Positions 55,339-63,620 of a DNA stretch of 64,000 nt are shown here, in pieces. Location: positions 608,001 to 672,000 of the forward strand of contig CAXXDQ010000004.1 in assembly GCA_963664325.2 (NCBI GenBank), given 5' to 3'. Made by a program: the position numbers and the translations under genes. Within the stretch, counting starts at the first letter, position 1, and each line of letters begins with the position of its first letter. The notes beneath the pieces were generated by a model. The model was given only the letters and a program-made list of their open reading frames with translations, had not been told where the DNA came from and did no database searches. Source of the stretch: Desulfomonilia bacterium. Its GTDB lineage: Bacteria > Desulfobacterota > Desulfomonilia > UBA1062.

Positions 55339-56709
55339 ATGGAAAAGGAAAATTCAACAACCAAATCAGCTGATAAAATCTCCTTTGGCGAATCGGTCGG
55401 ATTCGGGCTCGGCAATTTCGGCGCCATGTTTGTCTGGAATACCATGACTCTGTTCATGGTGTATTTTCTGACCGACGTGGCCGGGGTGGTGGCTGCCATG
55501 GCAGGCGTCATCGTTTTTTCTGTAAGGTTCTTTGACGCTTTCATCGATCCGTTAGTTGGGTTCATCTCCGATCGCACGCACACCCGCTGGGGCCAGAAGC
55601 GGCCCTTTATACTCATAGGTGCGGTCCCGCTGGCCGTCTTCTTTGCCTTATGTTTCATGGTGCCGGATATTGCCCCGGGCGGCAAGTATTTCTACTATTT
55701 CCTGATGCTGCTGCTGACATGGGTAGCCTATTCCGTTTACAACATACCTTATAATGCACTGCTGTCGACCATGACTTTTGATGCTGTAGAGCGGTCAAGG
55801 GTTTCAGGATACTACCAGATTTTAACTTTCATAGGGATTATAATTACGGCAGCATTGACCAAACCATTAGCGGCCGCTTTCCCCACGCCGCAGATCGGTT
55901 GGCAGATGGTGGGAATTATCTTTGGCGCAATCACGCTGATCTCGCTCTTGGCGACATTCTGGACTGTTAAGGAGAGGTACGCAGCCGAGCCAGGCGTACA
56001 TTACAAGACAAAGGATATAACGCGCCTGCTGTTCCGTAATAAGCCGTTCATGATACTGGCGGCAGCAGCCATGTGCATATTCATGTCTTTCACCCTGTGT
56101 GGCACGATGCTGAACTATTTCTTTAAATATAATATGGAGAATGAGGGGCTTTTCTCCGTTGCCATGGGAATCACGATGGTGGTTGCCCTGCTGTTTATAC
56201 CGGTGTGGGTATTCATTTTCGGCAAGATCGGCAAGAAGGCGGGCTACATACTCGGGCTCTGCATATATGCCGTCTCGCTAGCTGCTATCTATGTGCAAGC
56301 GTTTATCCCCAAGCCGGAACTGACTATCCTGGTGCCCCTGTTCGTATTTGCCGGCATCGGCAACAGCTGTTTTCAGCTGGGCTTATGGGCGCTGCTGCCG
56401 GACACGGTTGAATATGCACAGTGGAAGCTGGGGGCGAGGACCGAAGGGATTCAGTACGGCTTCTACCTGTTCGTCGGCAAGCTCGGGTCCTCCCTGGCGA
56501 TACTTTTGGCAGGCTGGAGTTTGGGCCTGTTCGGATATGTGGCCAATGTCGCCCAGTCGGATACCTCACTTACGGGTATAAGGCTGCTGAGCAGCTTCGG
56601 CCCAGCGGTTCTAATTATCATAGCAATTATAATCCTCAGTTTCTATCCCATAACTGAGAAAATGCATAAAAAGATTGTAGATGAGTTAAGCCAGAGATCA
56701 GCAGCATAA
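55339..56709 (+). CDS. GPH-family transporter
   Basis: DAFIDPLVGFISDRTHTRWGQKRPF, NIPYNAL, PDTVEY..GARTEG. Confidence 0.93.
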   Translation: MEKENSTTKSADKISFGESVGFGLGNFGAMFVWNTMTLFMVYFLTDVAGVVAAMAGVIVFSVRFFDAFIDPLVGFISDRTHTRWGQKRPFILIGAVPLAVFFALCFMVPDIAPGGKYFYYFLMLLLTWVAYSVYNIPYNALLSTMTFDAVERSRVSGYYQILTFIGIIITAALTKPLAAAFPTPQIGWQMVGIIFGAITLISLLATFWTVKERYAAEPGVHYKTKDITRLLFRNKPFMILAAAAMCIFMSFTLCGTMLNYFFKYNMENEGLFSVAMGITMVVALLFIPVWVFIFGKIGKKAGYILGLCIYAVSLAAIYVQAFIPKPELTILVPLFVFAGIGNSCFQLGLWALLPDTVEYAQWKLGARTEGIQYGFYLFVGKLGSSLAILLAGWSLGLFGYVANVAQSDTSLTGIRLLSSFGPAVLIIIAIIILSFYPITEKMHKKIVDELSQRSAA

Positions 56710-56756
56710 GTGCCTGTAACACAGACTGTATATTTACTGATCATTAAGAGGCGATT

Positions 56757-56906
56757 ATGGCAGACGAAATGTTTATCCCAGATTGGACAAAGAATAAACC
56801 GGCGCTCAATCATCTGCAGGAGATTCTTTCAGTCCGAGCCGAATCACTTAGAGAAGATGAAGGCAAAGAAAGAACAGGGATTCCCCTGACGGAAATCCGG
56901 GTGTGA
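56757..56906 (+). pseudogene. 49-codon ORF, possible truncated start of a second AGPS-like gene
   Basis: MADEMFIPDWTKNKPA resembles MKLKKFRPDWSEKAP of the 50456 gene; SD AAGAGG. Confidence 0.35.
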
Positions 56907-56907
56907 G

Positions 56908-57441
56908 GTGGCGGATCATAACGGCAACACGGGCTTTTATGAAAAGGACATAAGGGAGACAGAAAGCTTATCCTGGGTGTTTCATAAGACCGGGGAAAAA
57001 CCTACGGGCAATATCCTTGAAAACAAACCATATGACAGCTCCGCCGAGACTCTCGGCCAAAACAACGACCTGGCCTGTTCAATGAATACTGACGGCTTCA
57101 CTGCCAGCATCCCTGATTTCAACTGCTACAATCCGCCCGCTACGCTCGAAATATGACTTTCAGGAGGAAGCTCTATAAGCCTTCCCCTGCACTACCGGGA
57201 GCGGGCACGCGGCAGGAATCGACAATGATCCCAGGCTTTTCCTGGGTGCAATAGAGGCACCGCAGTCATTCATCGATTCACTGAAAGACGCACCTGAAGA
57301 GATGAAGGCCTTTGCAGGGAAATATCTCGAAATAAATGACGGCCGCTTTACCGAAATACGCATTACAGTGGCGCTCGATTCGCTCGAAATCAAAGGCTCT
57401 GGGCTTGACTGGAGTTTTACTGGAAACGGAAACGTGAACTG
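56908..57441 (+). pseudogene. Decayed copy of the 3' third of the 46376-47833 lipoprotein gene
   Basis: Aligns by eye to ~47275-47775; ATAAGA changed to ATATGA (stop at 57154) and a short deletion near 57200. Confidence 0.85.
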
Positions 57442-57453
57442 ATGGAGAGAAAA

Positions 57454-57690
57454 ATGAAACCTGGAATTCTATTAGTTGCCTTCATATTGTTTATTCCTTC
57501 TCTTGCCGGTGCGGATGTGTTGGAGCCTGTTCAAGATACGGAATTATAAAAGATACTTGCCAATTTGGAAATTCTTGCAGAGACCAGCAGCGTCATTTCC
57601 AAAGTTTGTCTTCAGGTATTTCGTAGCCATAAATCAGGGTAACTCTGATTGTGAACACCTTCCAAGATTTATATCAATAGGTTCATGATT
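57454..57690 (+). pseudogene. Probable decayed secreted-protein gene
   Basis: SD GGAGAG; MKPGILLVAFILFIPSLAGA signal peptide; in-frame TAA at 57547 followed by a protein-like continuation (KILANLEILAETSS). Confidence 0.4.
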
Positions 57691-57806
57691 TATAGAGAGT
57701 ATCTGATTCTGAAGTCAGATTGTATCCAAGCAGCAAAATATAGTTAGCAGCAGTTGGGAAACCCAAGGTTTGGATAAAAACCTAAATTGGAAAGGAGGAA
57801 TGGAAG

Positions 57807-58016
57807 ATGCTTAATTTCACAGGAAAAACTCCACAAGGAGAGATAATAAATTTTAAATTTAACGAGATCAGGCATATTATGAAGAATGCTGACCTAGTAA
57901 TCCTGGAAAGACCCAGGGATGTTCTCGTAAAATTCTCCACCGTCGAAGTGAAAAACTACGGGAAGAGAAATAGCGACTCATATTTTCGGTTGGCCGGCTT
58001 AGCCTCCAGGTTGTAG
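57807..58016 (+). CDS. Small hypothetical protein
   Basis: 69-aa ORF with SD AAAGGAGG. Confidence 0.4.
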   Translation: MLNFTGKTPQGEIINFKFNEIRHIMKNADLVILERPRDVLVKFSTVEVKNYGKRNSDSYFRLAGLASRL

Positions 58017-58114
58017 AAATGCCGTCCATCTATAGGAGGTGATATGACTGAATATTTTCCCTGTATTTCACTGTTAGACAGAACAACATACCCAAAAAAC
58101 AGTAGGTAATCGCG

Positions 58115-58486
58115 ATGATCCCTGAAAAACTGTTGGAAATTATGAAAAAAGATGGGGTTGTTGCCATTGCGACATTGGGAAAGGATGGACCGCATATGGT
58201 CAACACCTGGAATAACTACATCAGAATATCATCAGACTGTCGATTGTTCATTCCTGCAGGTTACATGCATAAGACAGAGGCTAATATTGCCCACAACCCC
58301 AATGTGCTGATTACGCTGGGTAGCAGCAAGGTTGAAGGCCTGCACGGTGCAGGCGCCGGGTTCTTGATCAAGGGAAAGGCGACTTTCATAACATCAGGAC
58401 CTGATTTTGATTTTATGAAGGCAAAATTCAGTTGGCTGCGAGCCACCCTGGCCGTTACCATCGATTCTGTCACTCAAACCTGGTGA
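58115..58486 (+). CDS. Pyridoxamine 5'-phosphate oxidase-family FMN-binding protein (cassette 1)
   Basis: GVVAIAT..DGPHMVNTWN..PAGYMHKTEANI...GAGFLIKG, resembling the Desulfovibrio FMN-binding protein. Confidence 0.85.
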   Translation: MIPEKLLEIMKKDGVVAIATLGKDGPHMVNTWNNYIRISSDCRLFIPAGYMHKTEANIAHNPNVLITLGSSKVEGLHGAGAGFLIKGKATFITSGPDFDFMKAKFSWLRATLAVTIDSVTQTW

Positions 58487-58562
58487 TGGTGATTGGGTAG
58501 TCTGTACGATACAGTTTAGTGATTTTGGCAGGCATGTGAAAAGTTTAGATCATAATTAAACT

Positions 58563-58622
58563 GTCTAACAATCGCATCCACACGGACGCGCTTACGTTCG
58601 CCGGTGATGCGTGCAGTTAGGC
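58563..58622 (+). other. attC recombination site 1 (60 bp)
   Basis: R'' GTCTAAC, L'' GCATCCAC (one extra C), L' GTGATGC, R' GTTAGGC. Confidence 0.88.
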
Positions 58623-58672
58623 GCATGCGGCACCGCCTTCAAATGCCGCAACAAAAAAAAGGAGGTTTTTAT

Positions 58673-58978
58673 ATGAAAATGTTACTTACAGTCGAATTCC
58701 CACCTGAGCCTTTCAACTCCCTCGTCAGAAACGGCAAGGTGGGCGAGGTCATCGGGCGTATCCTCGATGCAATCAAGCCAGAGACAGCCTATTTCACGGA
58801 TCAAGATGGAAAACGGGGAGCAATTTTTGCGGTTGATGTAAAAACGCCATCAGATGTGCCCTTCTTTGCAGAGCCCTTCTTTCTCAACTTCCAGGCCACT
58901 TGTAAATTTCACATTCTAATGAGCCCAGAGGATCTGCAAAAAGCTGGCCTAGACGATCTAGGTAAGAAGTGGTCATGA
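58673..58978 (+). CDS. Small conserved hypothetical protein (GYD/DUF3303-like; cassette 2)
   Basis: IKPETAYF..DGKRGAIF...P..AEPFFLNF.A....LMSPEDL; SD GGAGG. Confidence 0.75.
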   Translation: MKMLLTVEFPPEPFNSLVRNGKVGEVIGRILDAIKPETAYFTDQDGKRGAIFAVDVKTPSDVPFFAEPFFLNFQATCKFHILMSPEDLQKAGLDDLGKKWS

Positions 58979-58983
58979 AATCA

Positions 58984-59045
58984 GCCTGACAATGCGGTCA
59001 ATGGGACGGCGTAAAAGCGCGCCGCCCCTTACCTTTACGTTATTA
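58984..59045 (+). other. attC recombination site 2 (62 bp, degenerate R'')
   Basis: R'' GCCTGAC, L'' GGTCAA (extra C), inner stem CGGCG/CGCCG, L' TTACC, R' GTTATTA; starts 6 nt after the stop codon. Confidence 0.78.
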
Positions 59046-59350
59046 TTTTCAAAGGTTATTTGTAGTGAAATCTTCTTATATAAAACTGCAAATAATGGCG
59101 CGTCATCTTCAAATAATTGTACTTCCTGAAAGTCCAGATATCTTGATGATATCAAAGCTCAGCTTGTATTAAAACATATTCCCATAAGATCATGAGCCCA
59201 GGCTTTTAGATTGAATGACAAGGTCATATCTTACCGGGATGATCTTTCAGATCGGATCTGGATTTTTAAAAATAATTCAATATAAATATCTATTAAATTA
59301 GTCTGTTTTTAATTTGTCCATATTCAAGCCCTCTTTTTTCTGTCGCGGTC

Positions 59351-59730
59351 CCCTTTATTATGTCATTAAGAAAAATATCAATAAAATCTGTTGAGGGGAG
59401 AGCTTATGGGAAACAAAGATGTAAACGGTAAACTGAAGCTCGGCACCAAGATCGGCTATGGCATGGGCGACATATTCGGCGGCGGGTCAATCACCGTCGT
59501 AACCATGTACTACATGATATTCCTGACCGATGTTGCAGGGATAAGCCCGTACCTGATCGCAATAATCTTCCCCGTGAACAAGATATGGAGCGCCATAGCC
59601 GACCCTCTCATAGGCATCATATCCGACCGTACGCGCACTGGCATGGGCAGGCGCAGGCCGTTCTTCCTGGCCGGCATATTCATGATAATCCTGTCTTTCT
59701 TCATCATGTGGTTCCCTGTCAGGACTGAAA
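59351..59730 (+). repeat. Direct repeat copy A (upstream region plus 5' end of GPH gene)
   Basis: Near-identical to 63621-64000 at an offset of 4270; 59541-59730 is identical to 63811-64000. Confidence 0.95.
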
Positions 59731-60869
59731 ATGAAACGCTCAAGTTCTTCTACTTCCTGTTCACGTTCCTGGTATATTCGACGACCTTTTCCCTGGTCTG
59801 GGTACCATACACGGCGCTTGCCAGCGAGATGACCGAGGACTACGACGAGCGCACCAAGCTTGCCACCTACCGCATGGTGTTCTCGGGCCTTTCAAGCATA
59901 GTCTGCGCGACTCTTCCCATGGTTGTCGTCAAGCAGTTCGGGGACATCAGGACCGGCTACATGGTCATGTCTATCGTGTTCGCCCTGTTCTTTGCGCTAC
60001 CGTATATCATGGTCATAAAGACCACCTTCGAGAGGGAGGATTTCCACAAGGACGTCTCTCACATAAAATTCAGCCGGTTCGTGAAGGAGAACTTTTTCGC
60101 GCCCTTCAAGCTCAAGCCGTTCACACTGGTTGCGCTCATGTACCTGACCGCATTTGTTGCTACAGATATAATTATGGTGCTCCTGGCCTATTTCATGACC
60201 TATTACATGAGGAACAAGGGGCTCATGGAGCTTCTGACCGCAGTAGTCTTCGGCCTTATGCCGTTCATCATACCTCTTGTCGAGATGCTGGCGCTCAAGA
60301 TAGGAAAGAGAGGGACATTCATAGCCGCCGCATGCCTGTGGATCCTGTCTTTTCTTTACACGTTCACAATGCATCCGGGCTCGTCCACGCCGATGCTCGT
60401 GGTTTTCGGAGTCATGTTCAGCATAGCGACCGCTGGCATACATGTTATGGTGTTTGCCATCTTCCCTGACATACCGGATGTCGACGAGCTGATATCAGGC
60501 CAGAGGAGGGAGGGCATTTTTTCGGGCCTGTTCTCGTTTTTAAGAAAAGTGGGCTCGGGCATCGCCTTGTCAGTCGTGCCTCTGTGCATCGGCCTTGCCG
60601 GCTACGTCAAACCCGTACAGACCGTGGTGAACGGCCAGACGAAGCTGATCGAGCAGGTACAGTCCGAGGCCGTCATAACGACTATAAGATATCTTTTCGG
60701 TCTGGTCCCGATAGCGCTCGCCTGCATAGCGCTGCTTATATGCATCATGTATCCGGTGACCAGGGAGGCGCATGCAAGGCTTCGCACATACCTTGATAAA
60801 AAGCGTGCCGGCGAAACCGGTCCTGATATGGATGCCGAAGCTGCATGGCTCATGGAGAAACTGCTTTAA
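59406..60869 (+). CDS. GPH-family transporter
   Basis: DPLIGIISDRTRTGMGRRRPF, VPYTAL, PDIPDVDELISGQRREG. Confidence 0.93.
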   Translation: MGNKDVNGKLKLGTKIGYGMGDIFGGGSITVVTMYYMIFLTDVAGISPYLIAIIFPVNKIWSAIADPLIGIISDRTRTGMGRRRPFFLAGIFMIILSFFIMWFPVRTENETLKFFYFLFTFLVYSTTFSLVWVPYTALASEMTEDYDERTKLATYRMVFSGLSSIVCATLPMVVVKQFGDIRTGYMVMSIVFALFFALPYIMVIKTTFEREDFHKDVSHIKFSRFVKENFFAPFKLKPFTLVALMYLTAFVATDIIMVLLAYFMTYYMRNKGLMELLTAVVFGLMPFIIPLVEMLALKIGKRGTFIAAACLWILSFLYTFTMHPGSSTPMLVVFGVMFSIATAGIHVMVFAIFPDIPDVDELISGQRREGIFSGLFSFLRKVGSGIALSVVPLCIGLAGYVKPVQTVVNGQTKLIEQVQSEAVITTIRYLFGLVPIALACIALLICIMYPVTREAHARLRTYLDKKRAGETGPDMDAEAAWLMEKLL

Positions 60870-60958
60870 TCCTGGGAATAGTTTTATCGGGACGGCTGGC
60901 ATGCTTCAGGGGCTTCATAAGGGGCGATTATGGCGCCATCCTTGGACTTATGGTTTTT

Positions 60959-62032
60959 TTAGTAATCACCGCGCCAGAGCTGGTGAGCTGTACGGTCGGT
61001 CGGAATGGCATCCGCAAGTGCAACCGGCTGCTTGCGGTTGGCGCTCAAGGCGGCCGCCAGCAAAATGGCCAGAACATCCCTGCCATCCTGGCCGTTTTGG
61101 CGCGGGGTCACTCCCTGACGGAAACAATCAGCGAAGTGTTTCATCTGGGTGTTATATCCATTGTTGGCAATAAATTTTCTGAGGTTGAAATTGAGCCGGC
61201 CCGGGAAATCAATATCGCGACTCACCCCCTCTGGCGAGACCAAAGAGATCCAATGGGGAAGAGTGTTAGTTACCTTAAGCGTACCCCTCGTTCCGCTTAT
61301 CTCATAGAACTCTTCGTCCGGAGGGGCTTCCCATGAGCCCTTCAAATCGATGATGATGCCACCTGCGGTCTCTACCTTGACCTCGGTTAAAGTATCGATA
61401 TCTCCGATGGCTGACTTAAGCATACTGGCCGCGGCGACGCGCAGGACCTCGGGTTTGTCAAGCAGATAAAGCGAGCCCGAGAGTACATGCGGAACAAGGT
61501 TAACGACGACTCCGCCGCCCGAGAGTGCCGGATCCCAGAACCAGCAGATCTCCCGTCCGCCATGGACGGAAGCCGCCTTGATGGTGTGGACGTTCCCGAT
61601 TTCGCCCGCGGCGACGAGCTCGCGGGCTTTTATGAGAGGGGAGGAGAAGGCATGGTTCTCGGCGTAGCCGATGGCGACACCCGCTTTGGCCGCCGCAGCG
61701 ATGATGGCGTCAGCCTCCTTAAGGGTCATGGCCATGGGCTTCTCGATCACGATATGCTTGCCGGCCTTGATCGCCGTCAGGCTGTGCTGCAACCGGAGAT
61801 AGTTGGGACCCTGGATGAAGACGACATCCACATCCTTGCGGCCGCACATGGCCTCGAGTTCGGCAAAGGCATACGGCGCAACGTCAAACAGTTTCGCGCG
61901 GCGCTTGGCCGCGGCGGGGTTGTTCGAGGCCAAGGCCACGACCTTGATATCGGAAAAGTCGAGCGAGGCCAACATGTGCATCGAAGCAATGGAACCCGCC
62001 CCGGCAAAAGCGATCCCTAAAGGATTATTCAT
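60959..62032 (-). CDS. Gfo/Idh/MocA oxidoreductase
   Basis: AFAGAGSIA, GPN, IEKPMA, GYAEN, WFWDPALSGGG. Confidence 0.88.
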   Translation of the reverse strand: MNNPLGIAFAGAGSIASMHMLASLDFSDIKVVALASNNPAAAKRRAKLFDVAPYAFAELEAMCGRKDVDVVFIQGPNYLRLQHSLTAIKAGKHIVIEKPMAMTLKEADAIIAAAAKAGVAIGYAENHAFSSPLIKARELVAAGEIGNVHTIKAASVHGGREICWFWDPALSGGGVVVNLVPHVLSGSLYLLDKPEVLRVAAASMLKSAIGDIDTLTEVKVETAGGIIIDLKGSWEAPPDEEFYEISGTRGTLKVTNTLPHWISLVSPEGVSRDIDFPGRLNFNLRKFIANNGYNTQMKHFADCFRQGVTPRQNGQDGRDVLAILLAAALSANRKQPVALADAIPTDRTAHQLWRGDY

Positions 62033-63165
62033 TGGACACCTCCCTGGCGAGTACGGGTGACAATCGCATGCACGATATCCTCGGAGAGCTTGAGATCCTT
62101 GTAAGCTTCCTGGATGCCCGTGATCGGCGTAGCGCCATTCACGACGACATCATAGAGGTGCTTCCATTCGCCGTGGTATCCGCTTTCATACTTGTTGCTA
62201 TAGATTTCCTCGAGAGTCATGCCGTCCTGCTCCGTGGTCACCTTAAGCTGTGCGGGCATGTTGCCGCCGAAGGAACTTGGATACTTGACCTCCAGGTGCA
62301 TATCATCGCGCCGGAGCTTGAAATGCTGGTCGAGCATCTTAATGGCCTGTACTTCGATCTGCATGTTGACTCGTCCCAGGCCGTAGTCCAGGATCACATC
62401 GATCCCGATCGAGGTCTCAGCCGTGGCAGGATCGGTCGGTATGCCCATGATCTTTGAACTGGCGTATAGGATTTTAAGCGGGTCGCCCAGGAATCGTCGC
62501 ATCACCGGGATATCGTGACTCGCCAAGCCTAGCATAATTATCTGCGCCAGGATATCCATCACTTCTATGTCGGTGCCTTCGCGCTGGGCGGTGGTTATGG
62601 CGTAATCGAATAAGCCGATCATGCCACTGGCAGAGGATACCCGCTGCGAGGTACGGATGAGCTGCACGCAATCGGCCAAAATCTTTTTATTCTGTCCGAT
62701 GACACAGTGAAATTCACCGTACTTGAAGGAATCGGGCTTGCCCCAGCGTTCCAGGGCCTTGGTCACCATCGGATTGTAGACATGCGGGTAGGCCACAATC
62801 ACGGGGACCCCGTTCGTTTCCGAGGCCTTGACCATCTCGGCCGCCAGCCGGGTGTCGAGGGCCAGGGGCTTCTCCACTAGGACAGCGCGTTTTTTTGCCT
62901 CGCAAGCGGCGATGACATGCTCGTGATGGAGATTGTCCGGTGTGGCCACCAAAACAACATCCACATCCGGCGCTGCAATCAGCTCATCCGCATCGGCCAC
63001 GGCGCGGGCGCCGGTACGCGCGGCCAGTTCCTGCGCCACGTCATCAAAGGCATCGCACATGGCCGTGATGCGGAACTGAGCGGCCAGCGAGTTAAGTGCA
63101 TGAAGATGGATGGCTTGAATCGCCATGCCGCAGCCGAGAATGCCGACGCGCAGGGGCCCGCTCAT
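62029..63165 (-). CDS. Gfo/Idh/MocA oxidoreductase
   Basis: VGILGCG, ATPDNLH, VEKPLA, ASHD; overlaps the next gene by ATGA. Confidence 0.88.
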   Translation of the reverse strand: MSGPLRVGILGCGMAIQAIHLHALNSLAAQFRITAMCDAFDDVAQELAARTGARAVADADELIAAPDVDVVLVATPDNLHHEHVIAACEAKKRAVLVEKPLALDTRLAAEMVKASETNGVPVIVAYPHVYNPMVTKALERWGKPDSFKYGEFHCVIGQNKKILADCVQLIRTSQRVSSASGMIGLFDYAITTAQREGTDIEVMDILAQIIMLGLASHDIPVMRRFLGDPLKILYASSKIMGIPTDPATAETSIGIDVILDYGLGRVNMQIEVQAIKMLDQHFKLRRDDMHLEVKYPSSFGGNMPAQLKVTTEQDGMTLEEIYSNKYESGYHGEWKHLYDVVVNGATPITGIQEAYKDLKLSEDIVHAIVTRTRQGGVQ

Positions 63166-63215
63166 TGTTCGCCTCCCCTGGTTGTCTTACGAATACGGGC
63201 TTGCTGAATACTCAT
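63162..63215 (-). CDS. 17-aa small ORF translationally coupled to the oxidoreductase
   Basis: AGGAGG 7 nt before ATG; MSIQQARIRKTTRGGEQ; its stop overlaps the next start (ATGA). Confidence 0.35.
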   Translation of the reverse strand: MSIQQARIRKTTRGGEQ

Positions 63216-63620
63216 CCACTAACCTCCTTTGTTGGCTTTCTAAGGGGATGTCCTTGGCCATGAACAGGACCTTGGATTCACGGCCGGCATGGTAGTACTT
63301 GCGGCGCTGGATTCTGGCCCTGCCCATTCCCATTCCTCCGAATACATTTCCGCTATATAATACCACCTGCGCAATTGGTAAATAAATGATAAATTGGCAG
63401 CTTCAACTGGAGTTTACAACAGGAACATGCCAATCTGATAAATAATTATGGACCATGATAGGATAATTGAGATTGTTTTTTTGCTCTTGAAATTCAATAA
63501 TGCCATTAGAGTGTCCCCGATCCCTAAGCAGGAATATTAAACGATATAAAGAGATTGGCAGTACGAAAAAGAGGTGGGTATGCAAATAACAAGACTTGAC
63601 CCCAAGATGCTTATGCCGTG

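Larger units (their letters stand above)
58074..59045 (+). mobile_element. Array of two integron gene cassettes; no integrase in the window (CALIN-like)
   Basis: Cassette 1: G|TTAGAC(58073) - ORF - attC1. Cassette 2: G|TTAGGC(58616) - ORF - attC2. Each core site is complementary to the R'' of the following attC. Confidence 0.8.

Noticed and set aside
63590-63603. CAAGACTTGACCCC, reminiscent of REP/Y1-transposase-associated ends, next to repeat copy B
   Set aside because: Single short match with no partner end and no transposase; too weak to call.
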